45,685 nt of DNA from Clostridia bacterium (GCA_017455605.1 JAFSZO010000096.1:1-45685), one strand, 5' to 3'. Positions 1-7,970 are shown, numbered from the stretch's first letter. Translations and numbers: made by a program. The notes: generated by a model not told the origin, from the sequence alone.

Positions 1-273
1 GGTCCCTGAATAATATGTATTATTCGGGGTGGTCTTGCCGTTTTCTTAACGCGTCGCGCCCTTTCTTCGGACGCTCCGCGCCCTAAGGGCGTCAACGCTC
101 GCTCCGCTCGCAAGCGGATGGGATCCCTCCGCTACGGTCGGGATGACAACGATATTATCCTTCGGAGCAACGCGACCCTTTATTCCGCATTCCGCATTCC
201 GCATTCCGCATTAAATACGCGGCGATCCCTCCGCTTCGCTCGACATTGCTCCCACCTTCGGCGGTCGCAATTC
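1..273. repeat. Composite intergenic repeat block, copy A (window-truncated); inverted relative to the block at 2618-3205
   Basis: Contains (ATTCCGC)x4 at 182-212 and (AATTCCT)x2 at 269-286. Segment 100-165 is the reverse complement of 2960-3030. Segment 215-268 is the reverse complement of the gacgccgaaggcggg...caatgtcgagcgaagcg module at about 2698-2755. Confidence 0.8.
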
Positions 274-897
274 CTAATTCCTAATTATTGAAAACGCTTT
301 CTTGCTGAACGGGCAGCCGCAATAGTTCTGCCGATAGAGGTCGTACTGTTTGGACAGCTCGATGGAATGTTGATAACCGCCCTCTTTCTTGAAGTCGGAC
401 GGCAGATATTTCACGCCGTATTTCGCCGCCATTTTCTCCCCGATCTCGTTCAGGAGCATCGGGTTTTTGAGGGGCGAGAGGGTCAGCGTGGTCGCGAAGT
501 AGTCGTAGCCTTCCTCGGCGGCGCGGCGGGCGGTCTCTTCGAGGCGGAGCGCGAAGCACTTGGCGCAGCGCATCCCCCCTTCGGGCGCGGTCTCGAGTCC
601 CTTGGCGAGGGAGAGAAACCGATCCGTATCCGCCTCCCCTTCCGATAGTCCGACCGACGGGCACATCTCGTCGATCAGGCGCCGTAGTTCGGCGAATCGC
701 TTCTCCCGTTCCTCCGCGTCCGTGATGTTCGGATTGTAGTAGTAGACCGTCACGTCGAAGGTGTCAGGGAGGAAGGTCAGCTCGTGCGAGGCGCAGGGGG
801 CGCAGCAGGCGTGAAGAAGGAGCGAGGGTCTGTCTCCCCGCTCCTCTATCTCGGCGATGATCGCCTTCATTTGCTTGTGATAGTTCGTCGCCGCCAT
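274..897 (-). CDS. queH: Epoxyqueuosine reductase QueH (DUF208 family)
   Basis: 207-aa protein starting [14 protein letters not shown]. It has the HACCAPC cysteine motif and the C-terminal NYCGCPFS typical of QueH. The ATG at 897-895 overlaps the TGA of the upstream gene (TGATG). The longer 360-aa ORF-track version is an Arg-rich out-of-context extension. Confidence 0.85.
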   Translation of the reverse strand: MAATNYHKQMKAIIAEIEERGDRPSLLLHACCAPCASHELTFLPDTFDVTVYYYNPNITDAEEREKRFAELRRLIDEMCPSVGLSEGEADTDRFLSLAKGLETAPEGGMRCAKCFALRLEETARRAAEEGYDYFATTLTLSPLKNPMLLNEIGEKMAAKYGVKYLPSDFKKEGGYQHSIELSKQYDLYRQNYCGCPFSKKAFSIIRN

Positions 898-2246
898 CAG
901 TTCTTGTTGCTGCCGAGGGGCGCGGGGATCCTGCCGCCGCGAGCGATGAAACGCGCGGGCGAATAGCCGCTGACCTTCATAATGGGCGCGTGTCCGAGCA
1001 ACCCGCCGAAGGAGGCGGTGTCGCCCACGGTCTTGCCGTAGACGGGGATCACGCGCACGGCGGTGGTCTTTTGGTTCACGACGCCGATCGCCGCCTCGTC
1101 CGCGATCATCGCGGAGATGACCTCGGCGGGCGTATCTCCGGGGATCGCCACCATATCGATGCCGACGCTGCACACGGCGGTCATCGCTTCGAGCTTTTCG
1201 ATCGGGAGGGCTCCCATCTCCGCCGCTTCGATCATGCCGATGTCCTCGCTGACGGGGATGAATGCGCCCGACAGTCCGCCGACGTGCGAGCTCGCCATGA
1301 TGCCGCCCTTCTTGACGGCGTCGTTGAGGAGAGCGAGCGCCGCGGTCGTGCCGCACGCACCCACGCGCTCGAGCCCCATCTCCTCGAGGATCCTGCCCAC
1401 GCTGTCCCCGATCGCCGGGGTCGGCGCAAGGGAGAGGTCCACGATGCCGAAGTGGGCGTCCAGCATCTTGGCGGCGGTCTTCGCGACGATCTGTCCGACG
1501 CGCGTGACCTTGAAAGCGGTCTTTTTCACCGTCTCCGCCACCGCGGTCAGGTCGCCGTCCACCTGTTCGAGCGCGGCTTTCACCACGCCGGGACCGCTGA
1601 CCCCCACGTTGATGACCTTGTCCGCCTCGCCCGTGCCGTGGAACGCCCCCGCCATAAAAGGGTTGTCCTCGACGGCGTTCGCGAAGACGACGAGCTTCGC
1701 GCAGCCGAGGGAGTCCTTGTCGCGGGTGAGGTAGGCGGTCTTTTTCACGATCTCGCCCATCTCCTTCACCGCGTCCATGTTGATGCCTGCGCGGGAGGAG
1801 GCGACGTTCACGGAGGAGCAGACCTTCTCGGTCGTGGCGAGGACCTCGGGAATGGTCTCGAGGAACGCCTCTTCCCCCGGCGTCGCGCCCTTCTGCACGA
1901 GGGCGGTGTAGCCGCCGATGAAGTCGATACCCGTCTCCTTTGCCGCCCTGTCCATCGCGCGAGCGATCTCGAGGTAGCCGCCGCTCGCCGCGCCGACGAG
2001 GCTGACGGGAGTCACGGAAACGCGTTTGTTCACCACGGGCACGCCGTACATCGTCGCGATGCGGTCGCCGACCGCCACGAGGTCCTTCGCGTAGGAGGCT
2101 ACCTTATCGTAGACCCGCCGCGCCGTTTCGTCCGCGGAGCCCGAGATGCAGTCAAAGAGGGAGATCCCCATCGTGATGCACCTCACGTCGAGGTGCTGGG
2201 AACTCACCATTCCCATCGTTTCGAGTATTTCTTTATCGCTGAGCAT
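897..2246 (-). CDS. UPF0210 (DUF711) family protein
   Basis: 449 aa. Near full-length similarity by recall to the streptococcal and clostridial UPF0210 proteins ([64 protein letters not shown]). It is paired with an upstream ACT gene, as is usual for this family. Confidence 0.88.
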   Translation of the reverse strand: MLSDKEILETMGMVSSQHLDVRCITMGISLFDCISGSADETARRVYDKVASYAKDLVAVGDRIATMYGVPVVNKRVSVTPVSLVGAASGGYLEIARAMDRAAKETGIDFIGGYTALVQKGATPGEEAFLETIPEVLATTEKVCSSVNVASSRAGINMDAVKEMGEIVKKTAYLTRDKDSLGCAKLVVFANAVEDNPFMAGAFHGTGEADKVINVGVSGPGVVKAALEQVDGDLTAVAETVKKTAFKVTRVGQIVAKTAAKMLDAHFGIVDLSLAPTPAIGDSVGRILEEMGLERVGACGTTAALALLNDAVKKGGIMASSHVGGLSGAFIPVSEDIGMIEAAEMGALPIEKLEAMTAVCSVGIDMVAIPGDTPAEVISAMIADEAAIGVVNQKTTAVRVIPVYGKTVGDTASFGGLLGHAPIMKVSGYSPARFIARGGRIPAPLGSNKN

Positions 2247-2250
2247 AACT

Positions 2251-2520
2251 TTAGATCCTGTGCATCGCGTCGAAGATCTCTTCGCTGCGGAGGTTCACGT
2301 CCAGGCCGATGCTCGCCCCCTTCTCGTGCAGGAGGGCGGCGAGGCGGTCGATCGGAAGCTCGCTCTTCTCGGTGTTGGCGCGCATGATCATCGTGAAGTA
2401 TTCGCCCATCAGGGTCTGCGAGATGTCCACGATGTTGACGTTTTGGTCGGCGAGGATGGTCGAGACGTCCCGAATGATCCCCACGCGGTCTTTGCCGATA
2501 ACGCTGATGATTACGTTCAT
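2251..2520 (-). CDS. ACT-domain protein, UPF0237 family
   Basis: 89 aa ([43 protein letters not shown]). GGAGGA RBS 6 nt upstream. It ends 4 nt before the UPF0210 start. The ORF-track N-terminal extension was rejected. Confidence 0.85.
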   Translation of the reverse strand: MNVIISVIGKDRVGIIRDVSTILADQNVNIVDISQTLMGEYFTMIMRANTEKSELPIDRLAALLHEKGASIGLDVNLRSEEIFDAMHRI

Positions 2521-2551
2521 ACTTTCCTCCAAAAAGGTCGGATTTGCCTCT

Positions 2552-2580
2552 ATTATACCGCGCCCGCGCGGCAGGGGCAA
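2552..2580 (-). promoter_or_regulatory. Putative sigma-A promoter of the ACT-UPF0210-queH operon
   Basis: On the minus strand: TTGCCC, 17 nt spacer, TATAAT. The -10 element lies about 32 nt upstream of the ATG at 2520. Confidence 0.35.
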
Positions 2581-2617
2581 GCGAAAAGCGAAAAGGGGGC
2601 GCAAACGCCACCTTTTC

Positions 2618-3205
2618 AATTAGGAATTAGGAATTAGGAATGAGGAATGCGGACCCTCGTCTAATGCGGAATGAGGAATGCGGAATGCGGAATTGCGGAC
2701 GCCGAAGGCGGGCTGCCGACGCCACAGGCGGAGGCAATGTCGAGCGAAGCGAGATACATCATGTTTGCGTAGCAAATACATCATGTCGCCAAAGGCGATA
2801 CAAAAAAGTGAAGTTGCTTCGCAGTGAAGTACGGCTACCGCCGTGTGAAGTTACTGCGTAGTGAAGTTTGTGCCCGCTGGCACAAGTTGCGGGTCGCGCC
2901 GTCGCGCCCCAAAAAATCTGTTCGATTTTTCGGGGCGCCCCAATGCGACGCTAACGCTCCGAATGATACTATCATTGTCATCCCGACCGTAGTGGAGGGA
3001 TCCCATCCGCTTGCGAGCAAGGCGAGCCGATTGCATCCTTTGAGTGAGTGCTCCGCACGAACGGAAAGGAGGCTCGATTGCCGCCAAAGGCGCCCACAGG
3101 CGACGACGCGGGAATGGTGGATTTTAACGAACATCGCTACCGCCGCGCAGGCGGCATATCACGTGCGAGGAACGAGCACATATCACATTCGCGTCAGCGA
3201 ATAAA
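2618..3205. repeat. Composite intergenic repeat block, copy B (heptamer microsatellite, hairpin-word arrays, long hairpin)
   Basis: Tandem heptamers (AATTAGG / AATGAGG / AATGCGG) at 2618-2698. Hairpin-plus-word arrays at 2740-2890. Near-perfect long hairpin at 2894-2940. Module at 2960-3030 is shared, inverted, with 100-165. The ORFs called here (2640-3236) have no coding character. Confidence 0.8.
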
Positions 3206-3215
3206 AAGCCCCCTC

Positions 3216-3261
3216 TTGACAAGGCACCGTTTTTAGGATAATCTAAAGTCAACTTTAGATT
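3216..3261 (+). promoter_or_regulatory. Promoter of the SGNH hydrolase gene with an overlapping 10+10 bp perfect palindrome
   Basis: TTGACA (3216-3221), 17 nt spacer, TAATCT (3239-3244). AATCTAAAGT-CA-ACTTTAGATT at 3240-3261 overlaps the -10 element and the start-site region. Confidence 0.55.
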
Positions 3262-3303
3262 TTCATAAAAAGAGGACGAGAAAACTCAAAAAGAGGTGGG
3301 AAA

Positions 3304-4041
3304 ATGAAGAAGCTCAGCCTGAAAGAGATCATATATTTCGGCGTGATCGCCCTGCTCGTCGTCGCCGTCGCGACGATGTCCGCGCTCTACGGCGTGGAGG
3401 CGGCGAGGCGGCGGGAAGCCGAGGATGCCCTGACCTACTACGACCGGAAGGTCGCCGCCTTCGAGCGGGAAAACTCGGACTGCGACAAGGGGCAGATCGT
3501 CTTCATCGGGGACTCCATCACCGACTACTACCCGCTGGACGACTACTACGGCGACCTGTCCCTGCGGGCGTACAACCGCGGGATCGCGCGGGATCGGACG
3601 GACGGCGTGCTGGCGCGGCTGAAGGTGTCGCTCTACGACCTCGCACCGACCAAGGTCGTGCTGCTGATCGGCATCAACGACGTGAACGCGGGGCGGTCGA
3701 TCGACGAGATCGTCGCGAACTACACCGCCATCTTGGTCTCCATCAGGGCGAACCTGCCCGATTGCGAGGTGACCTGCCTATCCGTCCTGCCGATGGACGC
3801 GCGCGTCGAGGATTGGGGGATCGACCTCGCGAAGTCGACCGCTCGGATCAAGGAACTGAACGGGCGGATCAAGCCCCTTGCCGAAGGCAAAGGATATCGT
3901 TTCGTCGACCTTTTCCCGCTCTTTGCGGATGAGAACGACCACATGATCCCGGAGTACGTGTATGACGGGTTGCATCCGAGCGCGGAGGGGTATGCTGTGT
4001 GGGCGGAAGCCTTAAAGCCCTATTTGAACGGCGGCGTATAA
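3304..4041 (+). CDS. SGNH/GDSL-family hydrolase with an N-terminal membrane anchor
   Basis: 245 aa. GDSIT block I, GINDV block III, DGLHPS block V. Hydrophobic N-terminal helix. AGAGGTGGG RBS. Confidence 0.85.
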   Translation: MKKLSLKEIIYFGVIALLVVAVATMSALYGVEAARRREAEDALTYYDRKVAAFERENSDCDKGQIVFIGDSITDYYPLDDYYGDLSLRAYNRGIARDRTDGVLARLKVSLYDLAPTKVVLLIGINDVNAGRSIDEIVANYTAILVSIRANLPDCEVTCLSVLPMDARVEDWGIDLAKSTARIKELNGRIKPLAEGKGYRFVDLFPLFADENDHMIPEYVYDGLHPSAEGYAVWAEALKPYLNGGV

Positions 4042-4071
4042 GGGGGCATATACTTCGCTACCGATGCAATC

Positions 4072-4115
4072 GGGGGCAGTTACGTACGATTAGTACGCGC
4101 CTGCCCCCTCTTTTT
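4072..4115 (+). terminator. Intrinsic terminator (member of a conserved terminator-module family)
   Basis: GGGGGCAG ... CTGCCCCC stem with an inner CGTAC..GTACG stem, followed by TCTTTTT. Confidence 0.7.
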
Positions 4116-4500
4116 CGGAGCGCTCGTCTCTACCCCCTTCTCCGCCGCCGTCTAATGCGGAATGCGTAATGTGGACGCCGTGGGCGGGAGCAATGTCGAG
4201 CAAAGCGAGATACATCATGCTTGCGAAGCAAGTACATCATGTCGCCGAAGGCGATACATTGCGGGGCGCTACACTTCGAATCATCCGTATCTCAAGTCCC
4301 GAAGGGACATCTCAAGCGCCGATAGGCGCATCTCAAGTTCGCCCGAGCGAACGTCTCAAGCGACCGTAGGTCGCATCTCAAGGCTGTGTCGGCAAATATT
4401 TCAAGCACAGTTAAGACTTTCGCAGGTGGCACGACACAGTCGTGACGGATGAGGTGTCTCGTCAGCGACATCCCGCAAGAGGAAATCGCGTGATCAAAAC
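4116..4500. repeat. Composite intergenic repeat block, copy C
   Basis: AATGCGG-type heptamers at 4154-4174. The ggacgccg..ggcgggagcaatgtcgagc module is shared with blocks A and B. ATACATCATG word array at 4195-4262. CATCTCAAG word array at 4285-4405. Confidence 0.8.
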
Positions 4501-4528
4501 CCGTTTTTGTCGTTCTTGACGTCATCCG

Positions 4529-6034
4529 TCAGGTCGCGAGGAGGAGGATGAGGAGCACGCCGCCGCCGATCCCTGCGGCGATGAGCTTTATCGTGCGTTT
4601 CGCGAGGCTGTATTTGCCGACGAAGGCGATCGTGGCGTAGTAGATCGCGGTTTCCGCCGTGGAAAAGTCGTAATTTGCCTCGAATCCGAGGGCGGCGGTC
4701 GCCCCGCTCGTTTCGGCGAGGATGGCGGGCAGATATCCGACGAGGGACAGCACCGCCCCGAAGGAGGGGAGCAGGAGCGTCAGGGGCAAAAAGATGAAGT
4801 TCAGTACGAACGTGATCGAGGCGATGGGTACGACGACGAGGTTCAGCAGGAATCCCACGAGGGCGATTCGATGGAAGACGAGCGCGGAGACGGGGATCAG
4901 GGCGATGGTCGTGGATGCGGAGAGCGCCAGCGCGGATGCGAGGCGCGGCGGCACTTTGTGCCGCCGAAAAATGCGTTCCAACGGTCTGCAGAGCGATTGG
5001 ATGCCGAAGATCGCGAGGAAACTCATCAGGAAGCTGAGGTCGAATAGGTACAGCGGACGGACGAGCAGGATCAGGATCGCCGCGAGGGAGAGCGCCGAGG
5101 CGTCGTCGTACCGTTCGCCGAGGGCGGAGGCAGCGAGCGAAACCGTCACCATGATCGACGCGCGCAGGACCGAGGGCGTGAACCCCGCGAGATAGGCGTA
5201 AAAGCCGAAGATCGGCAGGAGGATCAAGAGGCAAATTCCTTCTTTGAGCCGCAGTTTTCTAAGCAGAAAGAGCAACGCTGCGGCGAGGACGCCGACGTGC
5301 AATCCGCTGACGGCGATCACGTGCGCCACGCCCGTTTCGCTGATCGCCGCCTTGTCCGATGCGTCCATATATTCCGCGTCGCCGAACAGCATCGCGTAGG
5401 AAAACCCTCCCGCGCGCTCTCCCTGCGCCGAGAGGAGCGCCTCGCGGGTCTTTTCGCAGATCGTGTGGCGCAGGGGCGGCGAGCCCGACTCCTGCGAGAG
5501 GAGGGAGGGATCGTCGAGCCGATATTTCGCGCCCTTGCGGTAATCGAGCGCCTTCGTGAACGAGGACAGGGAGAGTTTGCGGATGGAAACGTCGCCTTTC
5601 AGGGTCAGGCGGTCTCCTACGGAGACCGAGTCTGAGGCGGTGAAGGAGATCTTGCCGAGGTAGAGGGTGTCGTCCGCGCGGAGGGAGTCCGCCGTCACGC
5701 GGGTGCCCTCCTCTGTTTCCGACACCTCGATCACGCGGCAGGAGACCGTCGCGGTGCCCGATAGCCCTACCTCGTTTCGGAGGTGGAGGGTCAGGGTCGC
5801 TATGCCGTATCCGCCGAGGAGTGCGAGGCAGAGCGCGATCAGGAATCCGCGGCGAAGGGCTCGGGAGCGGAGCGGGAGGAAAAGAAAAAGGATCGCGACG
5901 CCCATCAAGGGCGCGGCGACCCAAACGTCGAAGATCACGCAAAAGATCCCGAGGATCAAATAGGCGGCAAAGAGAGGGAGGACGCGCGGGTTGAAGAGCC
6001 GAAAGGGCTGATCCGTCGCGCGAGACATCGTCAA
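4529..6034 (-). CDS. ComEC/Rec2-related membrane protein (DUF4131 plus competence domain, no metallo-beta-lactamase domain)
   Basis: 501 aa and polytopic. The GVAHVIAVSGLHVGVL motif is typical of the ComEC competence domain. The ORF-track start is TTG at 6034. An ATG two codons downstream (6028) is an equally plausible start. Confidence 0.75.
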   Translation of the reverse strand: MTMSRATDQPFRLFNPRVLPLFAAYLILGIFCVIFDVWVAAPLMGVAILFLFLPLRSRALRRGFLIALCLALLGGYGIATLTLHLRNEVGLSGTATVSCRVIEVSETEEGTRVTADSLRADDTLYLGKISFTASDSVSVGDRLTLKGDVSIRKLSLSSFTKALDYRKGAKYRLDDPSLLSQESGSPPLRHTICEKTREALLSAQGERAGGFSYAMLFGDAEYMDASDKAAISETGVAHVIAVSGLHVGVLAAALLFLLRKLRLKEGICLLILLPIFGFYAYLAGFTPSVLRASIMVTVSLAASALGERYDDASALSLAAILILLVRPLYLFDLSFLMSFLAIFGIQSLCRPLERIFRRHKVPPRLASALALSASTTIALIPVSALVFHRIALVGFLLNLVVVPIASITFVLNFIFLPLTLLLPSFGAVLSLVGYLPAILAETSGATAALGFEANYDFSTAETAIYYATIAFVGKYSLAKRTIKLIAAGIGGGVLLILLLAT

Positions 6035-6921
6035 ATGCGCACCACGATCACGCGCGCTTTGCCGTCGCAGGTGAACGCGCCGTACCCTGCGGGTACGAAG
6101 ACGGTGTCGCCCCTGTGATAGGTGTTGCCGTCGCAGGTGAACGCGCCGTCGAGGACGATGATCGCGACGAAGCTGTCCTCGTCCGCCGTGAAGCTGCGCT
6201 CGCCGTCGAGAGCGAGGCTCTCGCAGTCGAAATAATCGCAGGAAGTGCGCTTGTCGGGCGTATAGGCGGTGAGTTTGCTGACCTTCACGCCCTTTTCGAC
6301 GTGGAGTTCACGCGGTTTTCCGTCCGCGCCGACCCTGCCGTAGTCGTACAGACGGTAGGTCAGATTGCTGTTTTGCTGGATCTCGGCGATCACGACGCCC
6401 TTGCCGATCGCGTGGACGGTGCCCGCTTCGATAAAGAACCATTCGCCGGGTTTGACGGGAATAAAATTCAGCACCTCTTGCAGGCGATTTTCGGCGATCA
6501 GGGTGCGGAATTCCTCCTCGGTGACGTCGCGATTGAATCCGACGTAAAGCCCCGCGCCTTCGTCAGCCTCGACCACGTACCACATCTCTGTCTTGCCGTA
6601 GCTGCCTTCGTTCGCGAGGGCGTATTCATCCGACGGATGGACCTGTACCGAGAGGTTGTCTTTGGCGTCGATCAGCTTGATGATCATCGGGAAACGTTCG
6701 AAAACGTCCGCTTTTTTGCCGATCAACTCGCGATGCTCGGAGAAGAGGTCGGCGAGGTTGAAGGATTCTCCCTCGAATCCGCTCGTCCCGTCCTTGTGTG
6801 CGGCAAGCTCCCAGCTCTCCGCAACGCGAGAGAGGTCTGTCTTTTTGCCGAATTCGGTCTTTAACTTTTCGCCGCCCCAAATATAATCTTTGAATGCGGG
6901 GATGGTCTTGGTTATTTTCAT
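6031..6921 (-). CDS. manA: Mannose-6-phosphate isomerase, class I
   Basis: 296 aa from MKITKTIPAFKDYIWGGEKL. Has the QVHP, TEMWYV and AGTVHAIG cupin motifs. GAGGTG RBS. The 16-codon upstream extension was rejected. Confidence 0.85.
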   Translation of the reverse strand: MKITKTIPAFKDYIWGGEKLKTEFGKKTDLSRVAESWELAAHKDGTSGFEGESFNLADLFSEHRELIGKKADVFERFPMIIKLIDAKDNLSVQVHPSDEYALANEGSYGKTEMWYVVEADEGAGLYVGFNRDVTEEEFRTLIAENRLQEVLNFIPVKPGEWFFIEAGTVHAIGKGVVIAEIQQNSNLTYRLYDYGRVGADGKPRELHVEKGVKVSKLTAYTPDKRTSCDYFDCESLALDGERSFTADEDSFVAIIVLDGAFTCDGNTYHRGDTVFVPAGYGAFTCDGKARVIVVRI

Positions 6922-7068
6922 ATTTATCACCTCGATCCTATTATACAGAATGCGCGCGAGCCTTGACAAGCAAATTCAATGAAACGAGAGCGTGCCGAAC
7001 GAACGGCGACGAAATAACAGGAATAGCGCAAAATCGCAATAGTAAACAAGTGGAAAGAATGCACAAAT

Positions 7069-7088
7069 TGTGGATAACCTGTGGATAA
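7069..7088 (-). promoter_or_regulatory. Two perfect DnaA boxes (TTATCCACA) in tandem
   Basis: TGTGGATAA on the plus strand at 7069-7077 and 7080-7088. Same orientation, 11 bp centre to centre. Confidence 0.6.
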
Positions 7089-7253
7089 ACGGATGCAAAA
7101 GCGTCGTTTTGGCGCAAAAACGAGGGAAAATGAGTGCCGAACGGGGTAAAGGTGGGGCAAATACCGACGCCGAGATAGATTCAAAATCAGCTGAAGATGA
7201 GGAAAGTTGCGTCTTGTCGGCGCAAGAGGGGACCTATACGGGGTAACGATGGA

Positions 7254-7919
7254 TCAGGCGCGAAGGAGGGACAGAACCAGCTCCACGGCGGTGCCGAACG
7301 CTTTTGTCTTGTTGAGGGAAAAGGTCTCCGCAGCACCCTCGTCCGCTGCGTCCGAAACGTACTTAATAAGGGAGAACGGCGTCGCGGCGCGGGTGCAGGT
7401 GATCGCGATGGCGGCACCTTCCATATCGCAAATATCCGCAGAAAAATCCGCAACCAATTTGTTTTTCAGGGTGGTGTCCGAGATGAATTTATCGCCGCTG
7501 GCGAGTCGAAGGGCGGGAAGTTTTGCAAGAACAGATGCGCGCGCGTGAGGGTCGGTCGCGAAATATGCGAGGTCCATTCCTGCCGGTTGACCGGGGGCGT
7601 AGCCGAAGGCGGTGACGTCGCAATCGTAATGTACGACGTCTTTTACACAAGCGAGTGTGCCGGTTGCCGCACCGTTGAGAGAACCGACCAGCCCGAAATT
7701 TACGATATAGTCACATCCGAATCTTCCGATCAAGAGGGCGGTCGTTGCCGCAGCGGCGATCTCACCTATCCCACTTTGTCCGAGCACGACGACGTTTCCG
7801 TCGGATTCGTAGGTGCAAAATTTCGCACCGCAGATCACTTCACTCCCGATCTCTTTGCCGAGCCGTCCGATGAACGGGGCGTATTCTTCTTCCATTGCTA
7901 CCACAAATCCGATCTTCAT
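7254..7919 (-). CDS. mtnN: 5'-methylthioadenosine/S-adenosylhomocysteine nucleosidase
   Basis: 221 aa. MKIGFVVAMEEE N-terminus, GIGEIAAA, the DMEGAA catalytic motif. Confidence 0.85.
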   Translation of the reverse strand: MKIGFVVAMEEEYAPFIGRLGKEIGSEVICGAKFCTYESDGNVVVLGQSGIGEIAAAATTALLIGRFGCDYIVNFGLVGSLNGAATGTLACVKDVVHYDCDVTAFGYAPGQPAGMDLAYFATDPHARASVLAKLPALRLASGDKFISDTTLKNKLVADFSADICDMEGAAIAITCTRAATPFSLIKYVSDAADEGAAETFSLNKTKAFGTAVELVLSLLRA

Positions 7920-7970
7920 AGTTTTACCTCTTGTTTGCTTGTGTTGAGTAGGGTTGTGTTTTTTGCGATT

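Noticed and set aside
990-2387. 465-aa and 223-aa plus-strand ORFs overlapping the UPF0210 gene
   Set aside because: They are antisense shadow ORFs with Arg/Gly/His-rich low-complexity translation. The minus-strand frame matches a well-conserved family over its full length.
2640-3236. Several 60-126-aa ORFs inside repeat block B, and similar ones at 4162-4525 and 43995-44393
   Set aside because: They lie entirely in tandem or modular repeats. They have no RBS and a repeat-driven amino-acid sequence. Both strands are open.
2740-4405. CRISPR interpretation of the hairpin-word arrays
   Set aside because: The constant parts are only 7-10 nt. The variable parts are palindromic and 9-18 nt. Arrays have 3-6 units, and no cas genes or leader are present. 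The architecture is the opposite of a CRISPR array.
7069-7088. Replication origin (oriC)
   Set aside because: There are only two DnaA boxes. No dnaA or dnaN is nearby, and I saw no AT-rich unwinding element or box cluster.
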